Assembly (NCBI GenBank): GCA_963704165.1
Contig: CAVPHD010000012.1
Span: forward strand, 1 to 64,000
Origin: an uncultured delta proteobacterium
Lineage (GTDB): Bacteria > Myxococcota_A > UBA9160 > SZUA-336
Direction of reading: 5' to 3'
DNA: 64,000 nucleotides
Position 1 is the first letter of the stretch. Each line of letters starts with the position of its first letter. The notes beneath the pieces were generated by a model. The model worked only from the letters and a program-made list of their open reading frames with translations. It did no database searches and was not told the DNA's origin. Positions 15,771-25,770 of the stretch are shown here, piece by piece. A program made the position numbers and the translations under genes.

Positions 15771-16842
15771 CTACATCCAGCCCTGCAGTTCGCGCCGCAC
15801 GATCGCCTCGATCACCGCCATGCCCTCTCGGCTGTCGTTGAGGCAGGGGATGTGGGCGAAGTTCTCGCCGCCGTGCTCGTGGAAGATCTCGCCGCTTCGC
15901 CGGCGATTTCCTCCAGCGTCTCCAGGCAATCGGACGACGAAGCCCGGGTTGAACGACGGCGATGCGCTTCACGCCGTCGCTGGGCCAGCTTCTCGACCGT
16001 CTTGTCGGTATAGGGCTGCAGCCATTCCTCCGGGCCGAAGCGCGACTGGAAGGTCAGTCATCAGCCTGTCCTTCGGCCAGCCGAGCCGCTCGCGCAGCAG
16101 CCGCGTCGTCTTCAGGCACTGGCAGTGATAGGGATCGCCCTTGCTCGAAATAGGCTCTGCGGCATGCCGTGAAAGGAGGCGATGACCACTTCCGGCTCGA
16201 AATCGAGCGTCGCCAGATGCGTCTCGATCGAGCGCGCCAGCGCCTCGATATAGACCGGGTCGTCGTGATAGGGCGGCACGGTGCGCATCGCCGGCTGCCA
16301 GCGCATCTTCATCAGCGCGCTCGAACGCCTTGTCGTTGACGGTCGCCGTCGTCGCCGCGGCATATTGCGGATAGAGCGGGAACGAGCAGGATGCGGTCGC
16401 AGCCCTCGTCCTTCAGCGCGTCGATGCGCTCGGCGATCGACGGCTTGCCGTAGCGCATCGCCCAGTCGACCATCGACCGTCGGATGCGCCGGCAGCGCCG
16501 TCGCCAGCTTCTCGCGCCTGCGCGCGGGTGAAGGTGCGCAGCGGCAACTCGTCGCGCTCCTTGTTCCAGATCTGCTGCATAGGCCTTGCCCGACTTGCTT
16601 CGGCCGCGTGTTGAGGACGATGCCGTAGCAGGATCGGCTACCAGATCGCCGCGGCCATTCGATCACGCGCTGGTCGGACAGGAACTCCTTGAGATAGCGC
16701 CGCATCGACCAGTAGTCGGTGCCGTCCGGCGTGCCGAGATTGACCAGCAGCACGCCGATCTTCTGGATTTTCACCGGCGGATGTCCGGCGGCAGACGCGC
16801 AGGCGTTCCTGCAAATCCTCGTGCCAGATCGATGTGGTTCAT
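15771..16842 (-). CDS. hemH: Ferrochelatase (frameshifted)
   Basis: [46 protein letters not shown], [14 protein letters not shown]. Confidence 0.92.
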
Positions 16843-16950
16843 GACGCCCCCAACAAGTACTTTATCAGCGATCGGCGCGCCGCTGTCGCGCACCATCCGG
16901 TGTGTTCAGTCAGATATACGCAGGTCACCGTCAGCGGTTCTTGATCAAGC

Positions 16951-18210
16951 TCAGGAATCAGCAGATTTGGAGATCCGCGCGACAGCGATTGCATCGCGGG
17001 CATCGTCGTACCACACGTCGATCGCCTCGTGCAGGCTGATTTCCATGATGCGCTGCCAACTGTCCACGGTCGCGGCAAGTGCGGTCTGGTTGGCTTGCAC
17101 GAACGCTTCGCGCCCGAGCGCTTCGCTGGCCTCGTTGATGCCGTAGTCGATGGCAAGCCCGACCACCCCGCCGACGACAGCCCCGCCCACAGGACCAAGC
17201 GGCGACAACGCACCGGCAGCCGCCCCGGCCTCGGCCAGTGCCAGCCGCGCCGCCATGGCACTCGCCGCGCGGTGGCTGAAGGTTGCAAGGCCCCGCGCAG
17301 CCGCCAGTTCGATCACCGTCTTGAGCGCAAAGGCACCAATGGTGCCGGCAACAGCCACCGTCCCAAGACCCGTGACCGCATCGAAGGCACGGTCTTCCAT
17401 GAGATAGGTTGGCGCCTGAAAGCGTTGGGCATCCCAATCGAGCGACACCTGTGTCAGGGCGCTGCTCTGGGCGCGCGTACTCAACAAGCCGTCCGGAGCG
17501 TTCCAGAAAAAGTTGCAGGCGCAGATCGCTGGCCGCCAAACTGGCCAGATAGCGTTCATGCGCGCGCCGCGCCGCCGCCTCCATACCCGCTGCCGGATCG
17601 GATCACGCACCTGCGGCCGCAACACCTGTTCGGAATAGTGACGCAGGAAATACGTCTTCAGATCGCGCTCCACAGCCGTTGAAAGCGGTTCGACCTCGCC
17701 CACTTCCAGCAGATGGGACACGGTCGAGACGGTAGCCTCCTTCATCAGCACATATGACCGCTTCCATTCATAGAACCAGTCGGCATAGGCATTGATCGCC
17801 TCATCGCCATTGCCGAACGCGCTTGCAAACATGGCCGCAAGCTCGGCGCTGGCGGCAGCCTTTGCAGCACTGCGCTCCGCCGCGAATGTAAGGAGCGTTT
17901 CGTTGACAAAGCGGTCGGCCTCGCTTTGCTCGACCAGCAACCTCTGCACCTGTCCGTCGGCTCGGCGGTAGACCAGACCGGTGTCGCGTGGCGGGCCTGC
18001 AATCGCGTTCAGGACGCGGGCAAACGAGCCGTCCGGCTGCACCGCACGGCTGTGTTCCAAGTGACGCATCAAGCTGGTGACAAACGTGCCGCCAACAGAG
18101 GCGGCCACCGCACCGGCGACGACAAGAACGAGGCCAAGCGCCAGTGTCCGGCCGAATCCACCACCTCGCCGTTCGCGCTTGCGCGACCGCTTTGGCGTCG
18201 CTTCCGGCAT
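16951..18210 (-). CDS. Hypothetical membrane-anchored helical protein (compensating frameshifts near 17470-17590)
   Basis: Long ORF with N-terminal TM segment and C-terminal Gly-rich hydrophobic hairpin. Confidence 0.6.
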   Translation of the reverse strand: MPEATPKRSRKRERRGGGFGRTLALGLVLVVAGAVAASVGGTFVTSLMRHLEHSRAVQPDGSFARVLNAIAGPPRDTGLVYRRADGQVQRLLVEQSEADRFVNETLLTFAAERSAAKAAASAELAAMFASAFGNGDEAINAYADWFYEWKRSYVLMKEATVSTVSHLLEVGEVEPLSTAVERDLKTYFLRHYSEQVLRPQVRDPIRQRVWRRRRGARMNAIWPVWRPAICACNFFWNAPDGLLSTRAQSSALTQVSLDWDAQRFQAPTYLMEDRAFDAVTGLGTVAVAGTIGAFALKTVIELAAARGLATFSHRAASAMAARLALAEAGAAAGALSPLGPVGGAVVGGVVGLAIDYGINEASEALGREAFVQANQTALAATVDSWQRIMEISLHEAIDVWYDDARDAIAVARISKSADS

Positions 18211-18340
18211 CGGCGGTAGCGGTTCATTTCTCGCGCTGATTGCGGTTTCTCGATTCCATATGTTGTCTATCCAAAAATTGTGTTTCGCCAATCTGCAACC
18301 ACAAGATGCCGGATTTATGGCGTCCATCTTGGCGCGGGCA

Positions 18341-18355
18341 TTAACACGCCGTTAA
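18341..18355. promoter_or_regulatory. CtrA-binding box (TTAA-N7-TTAA)
   Basis: TTAAcacgccgTTAA, about 50 nt upstream of the CheY-like gene. Confidence 0.72.
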
Positions 18356-18406
18356 GTGTCCGCGGCCCACAATACTGCTGCGCTCAAAAGGTAGTGGACC
18401 AGTCTC

Positions 18407-18907
18407 ATGGAAACCGCGACGATCAGCTATGCCGGCAAGTCAGCATTGATCATTGACGACAATGCCTTTTCCCGGCGCCTGTTGCGCGCCATGCTTGAAC
18501 AACTGGGCTTTTCGCGCGTTGTGGAATCCGGAGACGGCTTCTCTGGCGTACAGGACGCCACGACGGCAAACCCTGATCTGATCATCGTTGACTGGATCAT
18601 GCCGGACTTGAGTGGCGAGGATACCGTTCGCAACCTTCTGGCAACAACCGCAGGCAGCACGGTGCCGATCCTCGTGACATCCACCATGGCGAACCGTGAT
18701 GCCATCGTGCGGGCAGCACGTCTGGGGACAGCCGGATTCATTGTCAAACCATTCGCCACACCAACCTTGCGATCACGTCTTGACCGGATTTTCTCGGCAA
18801 TGGAGAAACCCAATGCAGCCGCGCACCTGCCCCGTGCCGACCGGCTCGCGATAGCGGCTTGCCGCCACATTATCCGTTTCAGAGGTTGTACGGCGCTGCC
18901 GGTGTGA
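18407..18907 (+). CDS. Single-domain (CheY-like) response regulator; 3' end uncertain
   Basis: LIIDD, PDLIIVDWIMPDLSG, FIVKPF. Confidence 0.85.
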   Translation: METATISYAGKSALIIDDNAFSRRLLRAMLEQLGFSRVVESGDGFSGVQDATTANPDLIIVDWIMPDLSGEDTVRNLLATTAGSTVPILVTSTMANRDAIVRAARLGTAGFIVKPFATPTLRSRLDRIFSAMEKPNAAAHLPRADRLAIAACRHIIRFRGCTALPV

Positions 18908-19142
18908 AACCAGAATTCGGCGATCGTATTGACGATCGCACTCATCCCTTCAAGTGAATCGACCTTGGAAATGACCGCGTTGGCGCCTTCGTTGTAGGCC
19001 TTGCGCAGAACCGTCTTGTCGGTGCTCGTGGTCAGGACGACGATGGGGATGGGATGAAAGACCGGATGCTGGCGCACCCGGCGGATGAACTCATGCCCGT
19101 CCATCACGGGCATGTTCAAATCCAGCAACACCAGTGACGGGA
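18879..19142 (-). CDS. C-terminal fragment of a single-domain response regulator (Rcp1-like); N-terminus lost at the junction
   Basis: PSLVLLDLNMPVMDG, IPIVVLTTS, AYNEGANAVISK, IAEFWF. Confidence 0.8.
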
Positions 19143-20145
19143 CTAAGACGCGGAAGAGCCGCTGCAGTGTCTCGGCGTCGTGCGGCCGCGCGCGCGCGCT
19201 GAGCTCGGCCAGCGCGTCGGGCGCGGCGTCGATCATACCCGTCGGGTCGTCGACCAGGCGCGCGACCACCAGGTCGCGAAGCTCCGCGAGCAGATCTCCG
19301 GCGAGCCGCGCGGGATCGACTCCCTGCTCGAGCACGCGCCGCAGCGCGACGAGCGCCCCGGCCGGATCGCGAGCGAGCACCGGATCGAGCACGTCGACGA
19401 GGAGCTTGCGATCGATCAGGTCGAGGATCTCGATCGCGTCCTTCTCCGCGATCGTCTTGCCGAGAGCGCTCGTCAGGCGGTCGAGCAGCGTCAGCGCGTC
19501 GCGCGCGCTGCCCTCGGCTTCACGCGCGACGATGCGCAGGACCGACTCGGGCGCCTCGATCCCGTCCGCGCCGCAGATCTTCCGGAGCAGCGTGAGCAGC
19601 TCTGCGTTGCCGAGCCGCCGCAGGTCGAAGCGCTGCACGCGCGAGAGCACGGTGATCGGGATCCTCTGCGGGTCGGTCGTCGCGAAGATGAAGAGACTGC
19701 GCGGCGGCGGCTCTTCGAGCGTCTTCAGGAGCGCGTTGAACGCCGCGGCCGAGAGCATGTGGACTTCGTCGATGATGAAGATCCGGTGCTTGCCGGGCGC
19801 GGCCGCGTAGCGGACGCTCTCGCGGATCTCGCGCACGTTGTCGACGCCCGTGTTGCTCGCAGCGTCGATCTCCTGGACGTCGAGCGACGTGCCCGAGGCG
19901 ATTTCGAGGCACGGCGAGCACGTTCCGCACGGCGTCTCGGTCGGGCCTTGGTCGCAATTCAGCGCGCGCGCGAGGATGCGGGCGAGCGTGGTCTTTGCGA
20001 CGCCGCGCGGGCCGGCGAGCAGCAACGCGTGCGGCACGCGACCGAGCCGAAGCGCGTTGCGCAGCGCCGTCACGACGTGCCGCTGGCCCTCGATTTCGTC
20101 GAAGGTCTTCGGCCGGAATCGGCGCGCGAGAACCTCGTAGCTCAT
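19143..20145 (-). CDS. dnaX: DNA polymerase III tau/gamma subunit, N-terminal ~334 aa; truncated at the junction
   Basis: MSYEVLARRFRPKTF, GPRGVAKTT, Zn-binding cysteines, EIDAASNTGVDNVRE, IIDEVHML, FNALLKTLEEPP. Confidence 0.95.
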
Positions 20146-20181
20146 CTCGGGGGAATCATGTCAGGGGGAAACCTCGGGCGG

Positions 20182-20315
20182 GTCCATCACCGCGGGTGAT
20201 CGCTGGGCCGATCCGACCACCTGGAAAGCGCCGCTACCGTTGCTTCCTTCCGGACCTGGCGGGGTTCACGGACCAACCACCGGCCGGGACCCAGCGATCA
20301 CCGGCGGTGATGGAC
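20182..20315 (-). ncRNA. ffs: Signal recognition particle RNA (4.5S-type)
   Basis: Minus strand reads GTGAACCCCGCCAGGTCCGGAAGGAAGCAACGGTAG (helix 8 / domain IV signature) inside a long hairpin; directly upstream of dnaX, a common arrangement. Confidence 0.93.
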
Positions 20316-21679
20316 TCTGGGACTCTAACTTGGCACCGCCCGGAGGTAAACCGACCCCGGTCGGCGCTTCGGGCGGCTCGGCCGGCGCTTCGGGCGCTTC
20401 GCGCGTCAGGTGGCGGAGCAGGATCGCGGCGAGCGTGGCCCGCTCGGACAGGCTCGCGAGCTCGACGTACTCCGCGTCGGTGTGAGCGCCGCCCCCGCGC
20501 ACGCCCATCGAGTCGAGCGTCGGCAATCCGGCCGCGGCCGTGATCGAGCCGTCGGTGACGCCCGCGGAGTGCGCGGACTCGGGCGATCCGTAGCCGAGCC
20601 GGGCCGAGAGCCTGCGGTGCGCGTCGAGCAGCTTCGTGACCTCGGGCGTCACGGGCTTCGGCGGTCGGTGGAGCATGCCCCAGAGCTTCGCGCTCGTGTC
20701 CGCGCCATCGTTGGTGATCGCGATGCGCTCGAGTGCGCGCTGAACTTCATTGCCCTGTTCGATCTCGTCGTAGCGCACGTCGATCCACGCCTCGGCGTGG
20801 GCGGGAACGATGTTGCGCTTGGTGCCGCCCGAGATCGTGCCGACGTTCAGGATGATGCCGCGCTGGTAATCGGTGAGCGACTCGACCGCGATCACCTTCT
20901 TCGCCAGCGCGACGATCGCGCTGCGCCCGTCTCGCTGCGACGTGGCGACGTGCGAGGCGACACCCTCGACCGAAAGGTGGAACTGGCCGACGCCGCTGCG
21001 CGAGCGCGCCATCTCGCCGGTCTCTCGCGCGGGCTCGAAGACGAATCCGACCTGAGCGTGCCGCGCTTCGGCCTCGATCCTCGCGCGCGAGCCGAGCGAG
21101 CCGATCTCCTCGTCCGAGTTCACGAGCACGGTGTAGTCCGCGCGCGCAAGATCGCCGCTTCCGGCCAGCGCTCCGAGCGCGTAGAGCATGACGACGAGTC
21201 CACCCTTCATGTCGGCCACACCCGGGCCGATCGCGCGGCGCGGGTCGCTTAGGATCGACCGAATAGGTCTGAAAGCCCGAATCCGGCTCGAAGACGGTGT
21301 CGGCGTGACCCAACAGCAGGAAGTGTCGCGCCTGCTCGGGTGCGACCTGCGCTTTGCGCTTGGCCACGATCAATGGGCCGGTGCGCGCGTCCTTGCGGTC
21401 GGGGTAGTCGAGCGGGGCACCGGGCTCGATCGACAGCTCGAAGCCGAGCGCCTGCAGTCGCTCGGCGACGAGCGGCGCGAACGCCTCGAGGCCGGCCGTG
21501 TTCCAGGTTCCGGTGTTCCGATCGACCCAGTCGGCGAGCAGCTTCTCCATCTCCTGCTGCTGCTCCGCGAGCAGGACGCGGATCTCGACGTCCTCCGCGT
21601 CGAGCTCCGCGCGTGCCGACGTGCCGAGAAGCGCGACGAGCGCGAACGCGGCGATCCCGAAGCTCACTCTCCCCCGCAT
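20266..21679 (-). CDS. Secreted M20 family metallopeptidase (carboxypeptidase G2-like); one frameshift near 21248
   Basis: Signal peptide, LLGHADTVF, GPGVADMKGG, NSDEEIGS, FVFEP, GGGAHT. Confidence 0.88.
20322..20350 (-). promoter_or_regulatory. Sigma70-type promoter for ffs
   Basis: TTTACC-17 nt-TAGAGT, ending 6 nt before the 5' base of the SRP terminal stem. Confidence 0.6.
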
Positions 21680-21727
21680 CCGCGCATCTTACACAGCGCC
21701 GGGCGGGCGCGTACAATCCGCCGGGCC

Positions 21728-22666
21728 ATGCGCACCGGACCGAGAGTCTCGATCCCGATCACGCTGACCGTCGCCATCGTCGCGATCACGGTCGTGCTGA
21801 CGGTCGGGTGGCAGATCCTGGTCGTGCGCGAGTTCGAGGCCTTCGCGGAGGGCTTCACGGCGATCCACTGGTCGCTCCTGATCCTCGGTTCGATCTTCTT
21901 CGCACTGATCATCACGGTTCTGATCCTTCAGGCGGTGTGGCTCGTGCGCGAGATCCGCTCGAACCAACGGCAGCAGACGTTCATGGACGCGGTGACCCAC
22001 GAATTGCACACGCCCCTCGCGTCGCTCCGTCTGTACCTCGATACGCTTCGCGGCCGCTCGCTCCCCGAATCACGTCGCGAGGAGTTCCTCGAGATCATGG
22101 CCGACGACCTCGAGCGACTTCAGCGCACGATCGACCAGATCCTGAGCGCCGCGCGAACGGATCTGAAGCGCGTGCTCCGCGACCCGGTCGACATCGGCGA
22201 GCTGCTCGCGAGCTGCGCCGCCGACACCCGCGATCGCTTCGATCTCGACGAGAAGGCGATCTCGCTCGAAGTTCCACCCGGCGCGCGCGTGAAGGGCGAC
22301 GCGGAGCAGCTTCGCGTCGCGTTTCGGAACCTGATCGACAACGCGGCCCGCTACGCGGGCAGCGACGTTCGCGTGAACGTCCGCGTGCGCCCCATCTCGA
22401 CGCGCAAGCTCGAGATCGAGGTCGCGGACCTCGGTGTCGGCATTCCGGCGTCGGCTCTCGACCGCGTCTTCCAGCGCTTCTCGCGCCTGCCCCAGGAGGC
22501 GGTGCGCGCGGCGCGCGGTCTCGGCCTCGGGCTCTTCATCGTTCGGAACGTCGCGCGCGCGCACGGTGGCAACGTGCGGGCCGAGAGCGAAGGCGAGGGA
22601 AAGGGCAGCCGCTTCATCCTCACGCTTCCCGGAAATGTCGACGGAAGAACGCGTCCTCGTCGTTGA
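21728..22666 (+). CDS. Sensor histidine kinase (2 TM, HisKA, HATPase)
   Basis: AVTHELHTPLASL, NLIDNA, DLGVGIP, GLGLGL, GKGSRF. Confidence 0.92.
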   Translation: MRTGPRVSIPITLTVAIVAITVVLTVGWQILVVREFEAFAEGFTAIHWSLLILGSIFFALIITVLILQAVWLVREIRSNQRQQTFMDAVTHELHTPLASLRLYLDTLRGRSLPESRREEFLEIMADDLERLQRTIDQILSAARTDLKRVLRDPVDIGELLASCAADTRDRFDLDEKAISLEVPPGARVKGDAEQLRVAFRNLIDNAARYAGSDVRVNVRVRPISTRKLEIEVADLGVGIPASALDRVFQRFSRLPQEAVRAARGLGLGLFIVRNVARAHGGNVRAESEGEGKGSRFILTLPGNVDGRTRPRR

Positions 22667-23357
22667 AGACGAGGAGCACCTCGCGCGAGGCCTGGCCTTC
22701 AACCTGGAGGCCGAAGGCTACCGCGTCGAGCTGACCGAGCGCGGCGAGGCTGCGCTCACGCGGCTGTCCGACGCGACGGCGCCCCCGATCGATCTGGTTC
22801 TGCTCGACGTGATGCTGCCCGGGATCTCCGGCTTCGACGTCGTCTCGCGCCTTCGTGCGGCCGAGAATCCGGTCCCCGTGCTCCTGCTCACCGCGCGCGA
22901 TGCGGCCGCCGACATCGTGCGGGGGCTCGACCTCGGCGCCGACGATTACTTGACCAAACCTTTCTCGCTGCCGGTTCTGCTCGCGCGCGTACGGACGCTC
23001 CTGCGCCGGATCGCGCGCCCCGAAGAGGACAACGAGCCGCCCGCACCGTTCGTGATCGGCAGCGCGACCGTGCGCCCGGATCGCTTCGAGCTCGAGCGCG
23101 ATGGCCGCGCGATCTCGATCACGGCGAAGGAGCAGGCGCTGCTCCTGCTGCTCTGGGCGCGTCGCGGCACCGCGGTATCCCGCGGCGACATCCTTCAGGA
23201 GGTCTGGGATCTCAATCCCGAGACGCGGACGCGCGTCGTCGATACCTTCGTGCTGCGGCTGCGCAAACTGATCGAGCCGGATCCGTCCGCTCCGCGCCAC
23301 CTGCTCTCGGTGCGCTCGTTCGGCTACAAGCTCGTCGCGGATCCCGTTTCCGACTGA
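22635..23357 (+). CDS. OmpR-family response regulator
   Basis: VLVVEDE, DVMLPG, GADDYLTKPF, winged-helix TRVVDTFVLRLRK. Confidence 0.93.
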   Translation: MSTEERVLVVEDEEHLARGLAFNLEAEGYRVELTERGEAALTRLSDATAPPIDLVLLDVMLPGISGFDVVSRLRAAENPVPVLLLTARDAAADIVRGLDLGADDYLTKPFSLPVLLARVRTLLRRIARPEEDNEPPAPFVIGSATVRPDRFELERDGRAISITAKEQALLLLLWARRGTAVSRGDILQEVWDLNPETRTRVVDTFVLRLRKLIEPDPSAPRHLLSVRSFGYKLVADPVSD

Positions 23358-23392
23358 GCGCTCGCGTCCGGCCCTGGGCTAGAGTTCCGCGC

Positions 23393-24058
23393 GTGAAGCG
23401 CGCGGCGCCGCTCGAGCTCGTGATCTTCGATTGCGACGGCGTGCTCGTCGACAGCGAGCCGATCTCGAATCGCGTGCTCGCCGCCGAGCTCTCGCGGATC
23501 GGGCTCGCGACGACCGCCGAGTCGTCGATGCGCGACTACATGGGCCGTTCGTGGTCCGCGTGCGTCGAGATCTTCGAGAGCCGGCTCGGCCGGCCGCTTC
23601 CCGCGGACTTCACGACGGGCTTCTTCGATCGCCTCGAAGCGGCGCTCCGCGCCGAAGTCCAGCCGGTGGCCGGGATCCACGCGGCGCTCGCGCGGATCTC
23701 GACACCGACGTGCGTCGCTTCGAGCGGCCGGCGCGACAAGATGGCGGTCACGCTCGGCGTGACGGGGCTCTTGCCGCACTTCGAGGGACGGATCTTCAGC
23801 GCGGCCGACGTCGCGCGCGCGAAGCCGTGGCCCGACCTCTTCCTGCACGCCGCCGCCACGCTTCGCAAAGCGCCAGCCGCGTGCGTCGTGGTCGAGGACA
23901 GCCCGCGCGGGGTCGAGGCCGGCGTCGCGGCCGGTATGCGGGTGCTCGGGTACGCGGGGCGCAACGACGCCCGCGAGCTCGAGGCCGCCGGCGCGGAGGT
24001 CTTCACCGACATGGCCGAGCTTCCCGATCGCCTCGGCGAGCCGCTCCGAGGCGTGTAA
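23393..24058 (+). CDS. HAD-superfamily hydrolase
   Basis: IFDCDGVLVDSE, KPWPDLF, VVEDSPRG. Confidence 0.92.
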   Translation: MKRAAPLELVIFDCDGVLVDSEPISNRVLAAELSRIGLATTAESSMRDYMGRSWSACVEIFESRLGRPLPADFTTGFFDRLEAALRAEVQPVAGIHAALARISTPTCVASSGRRDKMAVTLGVTGLLPHFEGRIFSAADVARAKPWPDLFLHAAATLRKAPAACVVVEDSPRGVEAGVAAGMRVLGYAGRNDARELEAAGAEVFTDMAELPDRLGEPLRGV

Positions 24059-24180
24059 CGAAACGCCGGTCTCGCGCGTGAATCCTTCGAGCGGAGTGGT
24101 TCCGCGCGAGGAGAACGAGATGGCGAAGTCTGCACGGGTGGTGGTGGTCGGCGGCGGCCGCATTCGCGGCGCGTCCCGGC

Positions 24181-25200
24181 TCAGCCCATCGGGTAGAGCA
24201 GCTCCCGAGTCACCGCATCGCAAGCCTTGAGCACGTCGGCCGGGAGCTTCACGTCCGCCGCCTTCAGTGAGTCGTCGAGCTGATCGACGCGCGTCGCGCC
24301 GATGATCGTCGAGCCGACGAAGTCGTGCGCGAGCGACCAGGCAATCGCGAGCGTGACGAGCGGCAGCCCCGCGTCGGCGGCGATCTTCGCGAAGCGCTCG
24401 GTCGAGCCGAGCGTCTTCTCGTTGACGAAGCGCGCCGTCATGACGGCGCCGCGCACCGCGTCCTTCCGGTAGGCGGAGAAGCGCGCGCCCTCGGGAAAGG
24501 CTCCGCCGTCGTACTTGCCCGAGAGCACGCCGCCCGCGAGCGGGCTGTACGGAAGCAGGCTCACGTTCTCGCGCCGGCACACCGTCGCCAGCTCGTCCTC
24601 GAAGCGGCGGTTCAAGAGCGAGAAGTTGTTCTGGATCGTCTGGTAGCGGACCGAGCCCGTTCGCTCCGACGCCCAGAGGTTCTTGGTGAGGCCGTACGCG
24701 GTCTCGTTGCTGCAGCCGACGTAGCGGACCTTGCCCGCCGCCACGACGCGATCGAGCGCCTCCATCACCTCGTCGGCGGGGAGATCCGGATCGGGCCAGT
24801 GCGTCTGGTAGAGATCGATGTAGTCGGTGCCCAGGCGCACGAGGCTCGCGTCGACCGCGCGCTCGACGTTGTGCCGGTCGAGCGAGGTCCGCCCGCCGCG
24901 CACCGCCGCGCGGAACCAACCGCCGCTCGGGCCGGCGATCTTCGTGGCGATGAACACGGTGTCGCGGTGTCCGCGCTTCGCGAGCCAGCGACCGACGATC
25001 TCTTCGCTCTTTCCCGCCCAGCGTGGATCCGGCGGCACCGGGTAGATTTCGGCCACGTCGTAGAAATCGACGCCGGCCGCGTCCGCACGATCGAGGATCG
25101 CGAGGCTCTCCTTCTCGTCGGCCATGCTGCCGAAGGTCATCGTTCCCATGCAGATCTCGGAAACGAGAAGACCCGTCTTGCCCAGCCTGCGGTTCTTCAT
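24181..25200 (-). CDS. Aldo/keto reductase (Tas-like)
   Basis: SEICMGTMTFG, DVAEIYP, DYIDLYQTHWP, YSPLAGGVLSGKY. Confidence 0.92.
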   Translation of the reverse strand: MKNRRLGKTGLLVSEICMGTMTFGSMADEKESLAILDRADAAGVDFYDVAEIYPVPPDPRWAGKSEEIVGRWLAKRGHRDTVFIATKIAGPSGGWFRAAVRGGRTSLDRHNVERAVDASLVRLGTDYIDLYQTHWPDPDLPADEVMEALDRVVAAGKVRYVGCSNETAYGLTKNLWASERTGSVRYQTIQNNFSLLNRRFEDELATVCRRENVSLLPYSPLAGGVLSGKYDGGAFPEGARFSAYRKDAVRGAVMTARFVNEKTLGSTERFAKIAADAGLPLVTLAIAWSLAHDFVGSTIIGATRVDQLDDSLKAADVKLPADVLKACDAVTRELLYPMG

Positions 25201-25265
25201 GGCGCCTCCGGATGCGGTGAGCGCATCAGCATACACGAGCCGGGCGCGCGGACTTCGCGTGCGGA

Positions 25266-25769
25266 TCAGCGCCCGGGCGCGGGAAGCGAGTCGGGCGTCG
25301 GCAGGTTCGAGCGGTCCGCGGGCGAGACCTGATTCCAGAGCTGTCGATACGCGAAGCGCGCCTCGCGCAAGACCTCCGGATCGCTGACGCCCGCGCGCTC
25401 GCCATCGGTCACGACCAGACGAGCGGCGTTCGCGAAGACGATCACATCGGCGCGTCGCGGCAGCGTGTAGCGCGGCCAGATCTCGAGCAGGCTCGCGCGC
25501 AGCCTCGACGGACTCGAGAATGCGTTGTTCGCGAGGCGGATCGTCCGCCGCTCCGCGACGACGACGAGATCCGCGCACGTGATTCCATCGCAGACCGCGA
25601 CCGGATCGTGGACGAAGCGCACGTCGGGAGCGAACTCGAAGCCGGCGTGCCGGAGGTCCGCGAGCGCCGGTTCGATCTCGGGTGTGCGATCGACGGGCCG
25701 GAAGAGCGCGCACCCGGCGAGCGCTGCACCGACGAGAATCCAGGTCGCGTGAAGACGCAACGCCGGCAC
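25266..25769 (-). CDS. Hypothetical lipoprotein
   Basis: Lipobox LAGC after a hydrophobic stretch; ORF fills the gap between the helicase and AKR genes. Confidence 0.6.
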   Translation of the reverse strand: MPALRLHATWILVGAALAGCALFRPVDRTPEIEPALADLRHAGFEFAPDVRFVHDPVAVCDGITCADLVVVAERRTIRLANNAFSSPSRLRASLLEIWPRYTLPRRADVIVFANAARLVVTDGERAGVSDPEVLREARFAYRQLWNQVSPADRSNLPTPDSLPAPGR

Positions 25770-25770
25770 G

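Noticed and set aside
18427..20145. 572-aa DnaX-receiver fusion as a real signalling clamp loader or a tau/gamma frameshift product
   Set aside because: Both domains are truncated at a point where composition, taxonomic signal and error rate all change; most likely an assembly or concatenation artefact.
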